Virus record (IMG/VR): IMGVR_UViG_3300045988_097988
Origin: a virus
DNA length: 50,875 bases
Strand: one strand, 5' to 3'
The position numbers were made by a program, and so were the translations under genes. The notes beneath the pieces are model-generated. The model saw nothing but the letters and a program-made list of their open reading frames with translations, was not told the origin of the DNA and ran no database searches. Shown here piece after piece: positions 41,573 through 49,081 of the stretch. How positions within the stretch are numbered: the first letter of the stretch is position 1; each line of letters starts with the position of its first letter.

Positions 41573-43267
41573 ATGGCAACTGTGAACTTTCCCCGCGACA
41601 CTACGCTCAAAGACGGAATTTCCATGCAGGAACTCGCGGCCTGCGGCGGCTCCGCTCCCGGTGCTGCCGACCTGTGCTATAAGCGGCTGGTAGCCAAGGC
41701 GACGACCAAAGAGGAGGTAGATGCCCTCTTCGCCGAGTGGTGGCACGTCCAGTATGACGCCAGCAAGTACAGCAAGAGCCAGATGCTTGAGCGTTGGTTT
41801 GGTACGGTTCTGGACGACGACCGTGTTCACGGTTGCACCGTTCCGCTGTATGCTACCAGCACCAGTGCTATCGGCGAGCTGACCGATGACAGCGTTGGCC
41901 TCGTGGCTATCCCGTCCACTGAGTCTACGCCGGGCCGCGACGACTTCGCGCACCTGCCGCAGTTTTGGTGCGTCGAGGTTGCGGCTGAGAAAAAGGCCGA
42001 TGGCAGCCACGATATTTACTATGTGGAGCATATCGACGATTTGGCCGACGTGCGCAGCGGCGAGCATCTTTGCTGGGTGTTGCAGAAAAACACCTTTGTC
42101 CGCGAGTGGCGCGAGAACGGCTATCAGCTCCTGAAGATGCGCTGCCATCAGGCCCCCGGATACTCCCGCTGGCCGGAGGGCAAAGACCGCGCGGGCCACG
42201 TCTACGCATATATGGCCCATCCCAAGTACGCAGCGGGAAAGCTGGGCAGTAAGGTCACCTGTGGCACGGGTCTGGCCCCTGTCAACTATACCTCGCACAC
42301 CTCCGGCGTGACCCTCTGGCGCGCCCGTGGTGCGCAGTATTCCGGCGGCTCCGGCAGACTGCCGAAATTCCTTGACCGTATGACTCGCCTCAAGTACGCC
42401 CGGAAAGGCAATTCTGGCACCATCGAGGGCTGTACCTCCTATAACTACCAGTACAAGGCGGCGGTAGCCGAAACGGGCGTCAAGCGTTTTATCCTCACAA
42501 CTACTCAGGCCGCAAACCTCATCGTTGGCAGCGCGGTCTCTATCGGTACGGATACCGACGGCTCTACCGACCGCAACGTGGCGGACGTCCACGACATCGC
42601 CACCGAAATCCTCATTACCAAAATTGAGCCTGTCACCATCTCCGGCACCGAGTACGCCGCCGTGTACGTCAACGCGGAGAGTGGCTTTAATACCACCAAA
42701 GACCAGACTCTTATCAGCACCATGCCGTACTTCTCCGGCTGGAACGACAACGTGCAGGGCGTGGACGGAAGCCGCTACAGCGCGACCACGGGCCGCGAGC
42801 CTGCACTGCTGCAGAAAGTGGAATTTCAGAATGGCTCCTATCTCATCATCAGTGACGAGATTTGGCAGTGGGGCCAGAACGCCGCAGGTGATTATACCTT
42901 TGACTGCTACCGCTGCAAAGACCAGAGCAAGGTATCCGGCACGGCCATCACCGACGACTACGAGAAGATGGAGGGCCTGACCCTTACTTTCCCGGCCTCC
43001 GCCGGAACGTCTGGACGCTGGCAGTATATCGAGGATACCGACCCGGGCGAGGTCGAATGGCCATCTGGCGTCAATGCCTCGGGCAGCGGAGTCGGCTGTA
43101 AGGCCGGGTTCTACTGCTCTCCCGCCGCCTCGGGTCTCCGGGCTGGTTGGTGCTTCGCCAGCTTGTACGACGGCGGGCTTTGCGGTGTCTCTTGTCGCAA
43201 CTCGAACAACTCTCTCGGGTTCGCGTACTGGAACGGCTGCCTTGGCGCACCTGACATTGCCGGGTAA
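41573..43267 (+). CDS. DGR target protein: distal tail fibre / receptor-binding protein with a C-terminal variable region
   Basis: 564 aa. The last ~50 codons are the VR. It is the last tail gene. Confidence 0.85.
   Translation: MATVNFPRDTTLKDGISMQELAACGGSAPGAADLCYKRLVAKATTKEEVDALFAEWWHVQYDASKYSKSQMLERWFGTVLDDDRVHGCTVPLYATSTSAIGELTDDSVGLVAIPSTESTPGRDDFAHLPQFWCVEVAAEKKADGSHDIYYVEHIDDLADVRSGEHLCWVLQKNTFVREWRENGYQLLKMRCHQAPGYSRWPEGKDRAGHVYAYMAHPKYAAGKLGSKVTCGTGLAPVNYTSHTSGVTLWRARGAQYSGGSGRLPKFLDRMTRLKYARKGNSGTIEGCTSYNYQYKAAVAETGVKRFILTTTQAANLIVGSAVSIGTDTDGSTDRNVADVHDIATEILITKIEPVTISGTEYAAVYVNAESGFNTTKDQTLISTMPYFSGWNDNVQGVDGSRYSATTGREPALLQKVEFQNGSYLIISDEIWQWGQNAAGDYTFDCYRCKDQSKVSGTAITDDYEKMEGLTLTFPASAGTSGRWQYIEDTDPGEVEWPSGVNASGSGVGCKAGFYCSPAASGLRAGWCFASLYDGGLCGVSCRNSNNSLGFAYWNGCLGAPDIAG
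43102..43250 (+). repeat. DGR variable repeat (VR)
   Basis: 149 bp aligned to the TR at an offset of +281. The 8 mismatches (43112, 43119, 43161, 43166, 43179, 43220, 43221, 43226) all correspond to A in the TR. Confidence 0.9.
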
Positions 43268-43280
43268 AGAGCGGGGTGAA

Positions 43281-43321
43281 TTGCCCGGGCGGTGCCGGGC
43301 AAGAGGGGCAGCAGGCCCCTC
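43281..43321 (+). promoter_or_regulatory. Two GC-rich hairpins downstream of the VR (DGR target-recognition hairpin and/or terminator)
   Basis: TTGCCCGG-GCGGTG-CCGGGCAA at 43281..43302. GAGGGGC-AGCAG-GCCCCTC at 43303..43321. Confidence 0.6.
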
Positions 43322-43382
43322 ATTGACGATATTCGGATTTTTATAAAACCCCGAAAATAAAAAGGGTACTATAGCGTAAAGG

Positions 43383-43531
43383 GGCCGGGTTCAACTGCTA
43401 TCCCGCCGCCTCGGGTCTCCGGGCTGGTTGGTGCTTCGCCAACTTGAACGACGGCGGGCATTGCGGTGTCTCTTGTCGCAACTCGAACAACTCTCTCGGG
43501 AACGCGAACTGGAACGGCTGCCTTGGCGCAC
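43383..43531 (+). repeat. DGR template repeat (TR)
   Basis: It carries AAC/TAT/CAT codons where the VR has TAC/AGC/TTC/TCT/CTT. Homology to the VR ends at GGCGCAC. Confidence 0.9.
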
Positions 43532-43677
43532 TGGTGCATAAAATAGGCGAATTATTTCATCGCGTTATAGTATCCTCGCTTATGTGCGAAAATTGCCTGA
43601 AACCGACAGCGGCTGGTACCTCCGGGGAAGGCTGCTGGTAGCAACCAGATGATTTAACAGAAAGGTGGATTATTACG

Positions 43678-44946
43678 ATTTCGAGATGCAAACCGTCTGA
43701 GGTAAATATCGAGTCGGCCAAGTTTAACCTGCCCGCCGTCTTCAAGGCGTTCAGCAAGGGAAAACTGGGCCGGGGCGGCTTCCGGCGGGAACTTATCGGG
43801 ACTGGCTACATTACAAAGCAGGAGCTGGCTCTTGAGAGGCTGGACAAGCACGGCTGTATGCCTAAGACGGCCCGCGCAATCCGCGCCTATAATGAAGAGC
43901 TGACGGCCTGCATTGTAAGCCGGAAACTTGACCTAAAACCGATTCGCTGCTTTCAGCGGGTAGACGGCCTGACGCAGAAGCTCCGTGACATCTGCCAAGA
44001 AAGCCCGAAACAACAGGTTTTGGAATATATCGCGAGAGAGGCGCTGCATCCGCTTTTCCGGGCCAAGCTCTTGCACATCCAGTACGGGAGCATCCCCGGA
44101 CGCGGCCAGACCCTCGGCAAGCGGAAAATCGAGCGGATTCTGCGGAAGAAGCTCAAGTGCAAAACAGACGTCGTAAAAGGCGACGTCAAGAAAGCCTATC
44201 CCTCCGTGACCGTCGAGTGTGTGATGAAGCTCCTCCGCCGGGACATCGGCAAGAACAAGACTCTTTTGTGGTTTGTCGAGGCCCTGATGGAGAATTACCC
44301 CGGGCAGCACCTCTGCATCGGCTCCTACCTCTCCACATGGCTCTTTAATTATGTGATGTCCTACGTCTTGCGGTATATCCAGAGCCTCGGGCAAATCCGC
44401 CGGGGGAAGCTGGCGCGGTACGTCAAAGCTATCGTCTGCTACGCGGACGATTTTTCACTCTTTGGCCGCTTTTCACAGCTCACAAAGGTGATACGCAAGG
44501 CGACGCGCTGGGCGTTGGACGCACTCGGCCTCCGGCTCAAGCCTATGTGGCAGGTCTACCACATCGCCTCTTTCGAGAGCGAGCGGAAGCAGGCCGTACA
44601 GAGAGCCGCCGGGCGGCATCAAAGGACGCCCGCCGTGGACATGGTGGGGTTTGAGGTTCGCCGAACCTATACTATCATCCGTCCTCGGGTTTTCCGACGT
44701 ATCCGCAGGCAGGCGCTCCGAGCCTTGGGCGATTTGGCAAAGTACGGGCTTCTCCCGTGGTGGCGAGCCGCCCGCATTTCGGCGTATAAGGGCTGGGTCA
44801 AGCATTCTGACAGCATCCACTTTTCTGAAAAATACGACTTCCCACGGCTGATGCGGCTTGCGCAGAAGAGCGCGAGCTGGCACGGCAGAAAGGAGATTAT
44901 CGAGCATGAGCAAAGAATTTTACACGAAGCAGCCCTCTGCGGTTGA
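43678..44946 (+). CDS. DGR reverse transcriptase, probable ATT start
   Basis: YADD catalytic motif (IVCYADDFSLFG) and the CIGSYLSTW motif. The conserved N-terminal block FNLPAVFKAFSKGK lies upstream of the first ATG (43858). The frame opens at 43642. ATT at 43678 is 9 nt after AAAGGTGG. Confidence 0.8.
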   Translation: MSRCKPSEVNIESAKFNLPAVFKAFSKGKLGRGGFRRELIGTGYITKQELALERLDKHGCMPKTARAIRAYNEELTACIVSRKLDLKPIRCFQRVDGLTQKLRDICQESPKQQVLEYIAREALHPLFRAKLLHIQYGSIPGRGQTLGKRKIERILRKKLKCKTDVVKGDVKKAYPSVTVECVMKLLRRDIGKNKTLLWFVEALMENYPGQHLCIGSYLSTWLFNYVMSYVLRYIQSLGQIRRGKLARYVKAIVCYADDFSLFGRFSQLTKVIRKATRWALDALGLRLKPMWQVYHIASFESERKQAVQRAAGRHQRTPAVDMVGFEVRRTYTIIRPRVFRRIRRQALRALGDLAKYGLLPWWRAARISAYKGWVKHSDSIHFSEKYDFPRLMRLAQKSASWHGRKEIIEHEQRILHEAALCG

Positions 44947-45286
44947 GGTCTACCCGGTCAGTACGGGTACTGACATCATCCTCCGCCGGAACTTTGAGGA
45001 CTGCACCCTCACCTCGACCTATACCGACGAGGAGGGCCAGACCGTAGAGCAGGAGACGCCCGCCGTATCCTGTGAAGAGGCGCAGTACCGTCACCGTGGC
45101 AGCGTGACCCGCGAGGACGTCGAGGGCCGTTTTGACTACTGGTGGGACGTTGCAACGGGCAGCACTCCCGACGAGGCGGAAGACCACGAGGCCGAGAGCA
45201 AGGGCCTGCCGACCTTGGCCGAGCGCGTGAGCGTGATGGAAGATGCTGTGGGCATCCTGTTGGAGGTGATGCTGAATGCTGAGTAA
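44906..45286 (+). CDS. Hypothetical protein (XkdW-position)
   Basis: ATG at 44906 follows AAAGGAG. It overlaps the RT 3' end. Confidence 0.5.
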   Translation: MSKEFYTKQPSAVEVYPVSTGTDIILRRNFEDCTLTSTYTDEEGQTVEQETPAVSCEEAQYRHRGSVTREDVEGRFDYWWDVATGSTPDEAEDHEAESKGLPTLAERVSVMEDAVGILLEVMLNAE

Positions 45287-45401
45287 ACTGGCGAGATTCT
45301 ACGCCCTGCAGGTCGAGATGGGCAAGATGGACATCGAGGATGTCCCCGCAAAGGTACGAGAGCTGACCAAAGAGCAAGTCAAGAAAGACTGGGAGGGCTA
45401 A
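45276..45401 (+). CDS. Small protein (41 aa, XkdX-like position)
   Basis: Overlaps the previous gene. Below the ORF-track cut-off. Confidence 0.4.
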   Translation: MLSKLARFYALQVEMGKMDIEDVPAKVRELTKEQVKKDWEG

Positions 45402-45404
45402 GAC

Positions 45405-45545
45405 GTGAGCTGGCCTGACCTGTGCGAGAGGCTGCTTTCTCGGCTTGAGGCGGCGGGGGAAGATACCGCCATCGAGCGCGGCGATTTTGCCGCCCTCGTA
45501 TCCGCCTGCACCGTCCGGGACTGCCCTCTGACAAGAAAGAAGTAG
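45405..45545 (+). CDS. Possible small ORF (46 aa, GTG start)
   Basis: It fills the gap before the endolysin gene. Support is weak. Confidence 0.25.
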   Translation: MSWPDLCERLLSRLEAAGEDTAIERGDFAALVSACTVRDCPLTRKK

Positions 45546-45556
45546 GAGATGATGAC

Positions 45557-46213
45557 GTGAGCATTATCGAGTTTCAGCGCGGAGACAAGACCGCGCTCAC
45601 CAAAAATTTCAGCCGCTCCGAGTTTCAGTGTCCTTGCGGCTGCGGCCAGCAGTTTGTAGACCCTGAGCTGGCCGAGAAGCTGCAGCTCATCCGGGACAAG
45701 CTGGGGAAGAGAATCAAAATCACCTCCGGCTACCGCTGTTTCAGCCACAACCAGAGTGTCGGCGGCGGCTTCAATTCCCGCCACCGCTACGGCATGGCCG
45801 CTGACTGGCGGCTCACCAACCGCAGCCTCAACCCCGTGGCCATCGGAATCATCGCGCAGGCGGTAGGCTTTGGGGGCGTCGGTATCTACTGGTATGGCTC
45901 CAACGCATTCTGCCACGCGGACACGCGCGGGACAAAGGCAACGTGGCTGTGCGATGCAAAAAAGCATTACCCCTCCACGACCTACAATGCGTTCATCCTC
46001 CCGACCATCCGCCGGGGTTGTACCGGGGACGCCAACCGCGCGGCCACCAAGATGCTCCAGCGGCTCCTCAAGCTCACGCCTGACGGCCTGTTTGGGGAGG
46101 CGACGGAAAACGCCCTGCTCCGGGCGCAGGAGAGCTACGGCCTCAAGGTTGACGGCATCTGTGGCCCGACCTCGTGGAAAGTCCTCTCCGGCGCAAGCAA
46201 GTACTTGCTGTGA
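45557..46213 (+). CDS. Endolysin: M15-family peptidase plus a PG_binding_1 domain
   Basis: SRSEFQCPCGCG...ITSGYRCFSHNQSVGG...SRHRYGMAADW...CHADTR are zinc-peptidase motifs. The C-terminal LTPDGLFGEATENALLRAQESYGLKVDGICGPTSW is a peptidoglycan-binding repeat. Confidence 0.8.
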   Translation: MSIIEFQRGDKTALTKNFSRSEFQCPCGCGQQFVDPELAEKLQLIRDKLGKRIKITSGYRCFSHNQSVGGGFNSRHRYGMAADWRLTNRSLNPVAIGIIAQAVGFGGVGIYWYGSNAFCHADTRGTKATWLCDAKKHYPSTTYNAFILPTIRRGCTGDANRAATKMLQRLLKLTPDGLFGEATENALLRAQESYGLKVDGICGPTSWKVLSGASKYLL

Positions 46214-46226
46214 GGGGGTGATTCCG

Positions 46227-46511
46227 ATGTGGGAGTTTATCATCCAGTATTGGGCTGAGTGGGCTTTCGGCCTCCTCGGCGCGGCGGTCATCACCGTCGC
46301 GGTCAAGTACAAAGCCCTCCTCGATGGCGTCCTTGCCATCCTCCACGACCGCATTTATCAGGCTTGCCAGTTTTATATTGCTCAAGGCTATGTTGACATG
46401 GCGGGCCTGAAAAACGTCGAGTATCTTTACCGCAGTTATCACGCCCTCGGGGGCAACGGGACAGGCACCGAGCTTTATAACCGTGTCAAGGCCCTGCCCA
46501 TCCGAGGCTGA
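46227..46511 (+). CDS. Membrane protein of the lysis cassette (N-terminal TM helix)
   Basis: WAFGLLGAAVITVAV is a TM segment. ATG at 46227 follows GGGGGTG. Confidence 0.5.
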   Translation: MWEFIIQYWAEWAFGLLGAAVITVAVKYKALLDGVLAILHDRIYQACQFYIAQGYVDMAGLKNVEYLYRSYHALGGNGTGTELYNRVKALPIRG

Positions 46512-46588
46512 TTCACATCGTCCGAACCGCCCACAATCCGTAGGCGGTTTATTTATAGCCCCGGCGTAGCCGGGAGAAAGGCATCTCT

Positions 46589-46843
46589 ATGAAGTACAAC
46601 AACAAAGTCTCCGCTGGCACCATCGCTCGTACCGCCGTGCTGCTCCTCGCGCTGGCAAATCAGGTGCTGTCCGCTATGGGCAAGTCTCCGCTGCCCATCG
46701 AGTCCGCTGAGCTTGAGCAGCTCGTCACCGCTGGCATCACCTCCGTCGCGGCCCTCATCGCATGGTGGAAGAACAACTCTTTCACTCAGGCCGCGCTTGA
46801 GGCCGACAAGACCTATGACCGCGTGAAGAAGTCCGGCTATTGA
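46589..46843 (+). CDS. Holin, SPP1 family
   Basis: ARTAVLLLALANQVLSAMG ... AALIAWWKNNSFTQAA is the hallmark WWKNNSFT motif. Confidence 0.8.
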   Translation: MKYNNKVSAGTIARTAVLLLALANQVLSAMGKSPLPIESAELEQLVTAGITSVAALIAWWKNNSFTQAALEADKTYDRVKKSGY

Positions 46844-46887
46844 TACGTCTTCGCGGCGCCACGAAAACATACGGGAGGTAAATTTAT

Positions 46888-47076
46888 ATGCCCTTTGTTC
46901 CCCCTATCGTCTCGATGGGCGGCGTTATCGCGTCCATCAACTACATGATGCAGCAGGCCCGGAAGCGCCGGGAAGCGGAGGAGAAGAAGCGGCAGGAGGC
47001 GGAAGCCCGCCACACCTGCTCCAAAGACATCCCCTGCGAGAACTGCGTCCCGGGCTGCCACCTGAAAGAGGAGTAA
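46888..47076 (+). CDS. Small lysis-cassette protein with an N-terminal hydrophobic segment
   Basis: Strong RBS GGGAGGT. 62 aa. Confidence 0.45.
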   Translation: MPFVPPIVSMGGVIASINYMMQQARKRREAEEKKRQEAEARHTCSKDIPCENCVPGCHLKEE

Positions 47077-47204
47077 GGCCGCAACCATTTTCGGCACGTC
47101 ACGAAAATGGTTCTGGGCTGCTTACAATCTGAAAGCGGCTAAAACGCCCGTTTTTAACCCTTAACCCCTCGAAAAGTCCAACTTAACTGCTAAAAATGAG
47201 AAAA

Positions 47205-47254
47205 AACGGCCATTTTGGAGTCTAAACCCTCACGAAATGGCCGTTTCATTTTCA
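47205..47254 (+). terminator. Terminator-like hairpin at the end of the late/lysis operon
   Basis: AACGGCCATTT / AAATGGCCGTT 11-bp stem followed by a T-rich tract. A related hairpin AACCATTTTCG/CGAAAATGGTT is at 47083..47112. Confidence 0.55.
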
Positions 47255-47292
47255 GTTTTGACTATTTAGCTATCTGTCTACTTTGGTGTTTT

Positions 47293-47345
47293 CTTTGCAA
47301 TTTTGCAAAGAAAGTATTGACTTGTTATTAGCAACAGTATATAAT
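47293..47345 (+). promoter_or_regulatory. Operator palindrome plus promoter of RHH gene 1
   Basis: CTTTG-N8-CAAAG at 47293..47310. TTGACT (47317..47322), 17-nt spacer, TATAAT (47340..47345). A 10-bp inverted repeat CTTGTTATTA/TAATAACAAG flanks the -10. Confidence 0.7.
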
Positions 47346-47372
47346 TGTTGTTAATAACAAGGAGGTGAGCAG

Positions 47373-47546
47373 GTGGCTGGAAAGAGCCGCGCTGAATATT
47401 TCCGAGAACTCCGTAAAAAACAAAAGCAGCTTGTATTCCTTGTAGATAAGGGGAAGGCAGAAGCTCTTGACCGCAAACTCTCCGAGCGAGGCGAGAGCCG
47501 GGCAGAGTGGTTTAGACGGATTCTCGATAAAGAACTCAGCGAATAA
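47373..47546 (+). CDS. Ribbon-helix-helix (Arc/CopG-like) protein 1 (57 aa, GTG start)
   Basis: KQLVFLVDKGKAEALDRKLSERGESRAEWFRRILDKEL is an RHH pattern. The RBS is AAGGAGGTG. Below the ORF-track cut-off. Confidence 0.65.
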   Translation: MAGKSRAEYFRELRKKQKQLVFLVDKGKAEALDRKLSERGESRAEWFRRILDKELSE

Positions 47547-47619
47547 AAAATAACTGTACCCCGTCACCGTCCAAAGTACCGGGATACAGTTATCAGCGAC
47601 CGAGAGACAAGCCCACGGT
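47542..47619 (-). ncRNA. Candidate convergent small RNA 1 (about 78 nt)
   Basis: It starts downstream of the minus-strand promoter at 47626..47654. It ends at a minus-strand terminator hairpin (47550..47593) plus TTTTTTATT. It contains no ORF with an RBS. Confidence 0.5.
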
Positions 47620-47625
47620 AAATTT

Positions 47626-47654
47626 ATTATACCACCGGGCGCGTTCTCTCACAA
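47626..47654 (-). promoter_or_regulatory. Minus-strand promoter TTGTGA-17-TGGTATAAT
   Basis: On the plus strand, ATTATA is at 47626..47631 and TCACAA at 47649..47654. There is an extended -10 TG. Confidence 0.6.
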
Positions 47655-47673
47655 GAGAAAGAGAGAACTTTTT
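47643..47673 (+). terminator. Plus-strand terminator overlapping the antisense -35
   Basis: GTTCTCTC / GAGAGAAC stem, 10-nt loop, TTTTT. Confidence 0.55.
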
Positions 47674-47690
47674 CCAGTGGTGAGCAAAAG

Positions 47691-47742
47691 CTTTGTGTTT
47701 TTGCAAAGAAAATATTGACTTTTGTGTATCCAAGGGTATAAT
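47691..47742 (+). promoter_or_regulatory. Operator palindrome plus promoter of RHH gene 2 (paralogue of 47293..47345)
   Basis: CTTTG-N8-CAAAG at 47691..47708. TTGACT (47715..47720), 16-nt spacer, TATAAT (47737..47742). Confidence 0.65.
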
Positions 47743-47776
47743 GTACTTATGGGGACACAAAAGAGAGGTGATGCGA

Positions 47777-47947
47777 ATGTCACCCAAAATGGGCCGACCA
47801 ACAACCGACCCTAAGACCCACGAAATGCGCATTAGAATGTCCGATAAAGACGTTCAGACCCTTGAATCGTGCTGCGAAAAATCCGGCATGACGAAAGCGG
47901 ACGTAATTCGTCAGGGGATACGGCTGTTTCTTGAGAGCCTAAAATAA
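47777..47947 (+). CDS. Ribbon-helix-helix (CopG-like) protein 2
   Basis: HEMRIRMSDKDVQTLESCCEKSGMTKADVIRQGIRLFLESL is an RHH pattern. ATG at 47777 is 8 nt after AGAGAGG. ATG at 47771 or 47789 is also possible. Confidence 0.65.
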   Translation: MSPKMGRPTTDPKTHEMRIRMSDKDVQTLESCCEKSGMTKADVIRQGIRLFLESLK

Positions 47948-48026
47948 GAAAATCCCTCACACTGTTGTATCTTGGCGGACGCACAGTGCAAGGGATTCCA
48001 CAAGCCCGAGAGGAATTTCCCCGGGT
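47941..48026 (-). ncRNA. Candidate convergent small RNA 2 (about 86 nt)
   Basis: It starts downstream of the minus-strand promoter at 48033..48061. It ends at the hairpin 47951..47997 plus a T-rich tail. It shares the GGGCTTGT motif with sRNA 1. Confidence 0.5.
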
Positions 48027-48032
48027 AAATTT

Positions 48033-48061
48033 ATTATACCACTGGGAAGAGCCTCTCACAA
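48033..48061 (-). promoter_or_regulatory. Minus-strand promoter TTGTGA-17-TGGTATAAT (second copy)
   Basis: On the plus strand, ATTATA is at 48033..48038 and TCACAA at 48056..48061. The 24-bp block GGTAAATTTATTATACCAC(C/T)GGG is shared with 47617..47640. Confidence 0.6.
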
Positions 48062-48080
48062 GTGCAAGAGAGGTATTTTT
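48052..48080 (+). promoter_or_regulatory. Hairpin whose 3' arm contains the RBS of the 48081 gene
   Basis: CCTCTC / GAGAGG stem, 10-nt loop, then TATTTTT-ATG. GAGAGG is the only SD-like element for ATG at 48081. Confidence 0.5.
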
Positions 48081-48344
48081 ATGAATACGCAAGAAATTCT
48101 GAACAAATGTAGCGAAATCGAGGCAGACGCCGGGGACGCTCTGCATCTCCTCCGGGCCTTTGGGGTCTGGTTTGACAAGAGCTTCAAGGCGTATGACCTT
48201 GACCGCCGTTTTGACCCCAACGCTGCCGCCGACCTCTGGGCCGAATGCCCCGACTTCGCCGCCGTACTGGATGCTGCTGTGTGCGCTTTGCTCAAGGCAG
48301 ACCGCGCACTCGACAAGCTGAGTGAGGAGGGCGTGGAAGAATGA
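48081..48344 (+). CDS. Hypothetical protein
   Basis: 87 aa. Overlaps the antirepressor gene start (ATGA). Confidence 0.5.
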   Translation: MNTQEILNKCSEIEADAGDALHLLRAFGVWFDKSFKAYDLDRRFDPNAAADLWAECPDFAAVLDAAVCALLKADRALDKLSEEGVEE

Positions 48345-49078
48345 ACGAGCTGCAGGTGTTTGACAACCCCGAGTTTGGGGCTATCCGTACCCTCGACGAT
48401 GCCGACGGCACCATTTTGTTTTACGCTACCGATGTAGCTAAGGCCCTCGGATACTCAAAGCCGCAGGCCGCTATCGCCAAGCACTGCCGGTACTCCGTGA
48501 AACGGGGAGTACCTCATCCGCAGGCTCCCGACAAGGTTATTGAGATGAATTTCATCCCGGAGTCTGACCTTTACCGCCTGATTTTCAGCAGCAAGCTCCA
48601 GAACGCCGAAAAGTTTACCGACTGGGTAACGGGCGAGGTGCTGCCGAGCATCCGCAAGAACGGCGGATACATCGCCGGGCAGGAAGAGCTTTCTCCGCAG
48701 GAGCTTATGGCAAAAGCCCTGCTGGTGGCAAATAAGACCCTCGCAGACCGCGAGGCCCGTATCTCCGAGCTGACGGTGCAGAATCAAATCATGGCCCCGA
48801 AAGCGGAGTATTTCGACGCTCTGGTTGACCGCAACCTGCTGACGAGTATCCGCGAGACGGCAAAGCAGCTCAATTTCGGCGAAAAGGCTTTTGTCCGCTT
48901 CCTGCTGGAGAAGAAATATCTCTACCGCAACAAGAAAGGCAAGTTGATGCCCTACGCCGACAAAAACAACGGGCTGTTTGAGGTAAAAGAGTGCCTCAAC
49001 GAAAAGACCCAGTGGAGCGGTGTTCAGACGCTTGTGACCCCCAAGGGCCGAGAGACGTTCCGGCTGCTGTACCTCTAA
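48341..49078 (+). CDS. ant: Antirepressor (BRO-N domain plus KilA-C/ANT C-terminal domain)
   Basis: LQVFDNPEFGAIRTLDDADGTILFYATDVAKALGY ... LYRLIFSSKLQNAEKFTDWVTGEVLPSIRKNGGY is BRO-N. AEYFDALVDRNLLTSIRETAKQL is the phage antirepressor C-terminus. Confidence 0.8.
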   Translation: MNELQVFDNPEFGAIRTLDDADGTILFYATDVAKALGYSKPQAAIAKHCRYSVKRGVPHPQAPDKVIEMNFIPESDLYRLIFSSKLQNAEKFTDWVTGEVLPSIRKNGGYIAGQEELSPQELMAKALLVANKTLADREARISELTVQNQIMAPKAEYFDALVDRNLLTSIRETAKQLNFGEKAFVRFLLEKKYLYRNKKGKLMPYADKNNGLFEVKECLNEKTQWSGVQTLVTPKGRETFRLLYL

Positions 49079-49081
49079 AAT

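Noticed and set aside
43323-43372. A sigma-70 promoter for the TR-RT transcript (TTGACG at 43323, TATAAA at 43342, TACTAT at 43367).
   Set aside because: The spacings (13 nt, or no matching -35) are incompatible with a standard promoter. The TR RNA may be made by read-through or from a promoter I cannot recognise.
43444-43641. A 65-aa ORF between the VR and the RT as a candidate Avd accessory protein.
   Set aside because: It is simply the TR translated in the VR frame (CGVSCRNSNNSLGNANWNGCLGA). It is too short, Cys-rich and not helical, and has no RBS.
47328-47567. A hydrophobic 79-aa minus-strand ORF antisense to RHH gene 1, as a possible type I toxin paired with the small RNA.
   Set aside because: Its GTG start sits inside the terminator hairpin with no SD. 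The plus-strand frame has a clear RHH signature and a strong RBS. The hydrophobicity follows from reading an AT-rich, Lys/Glu-rich gene backwards.
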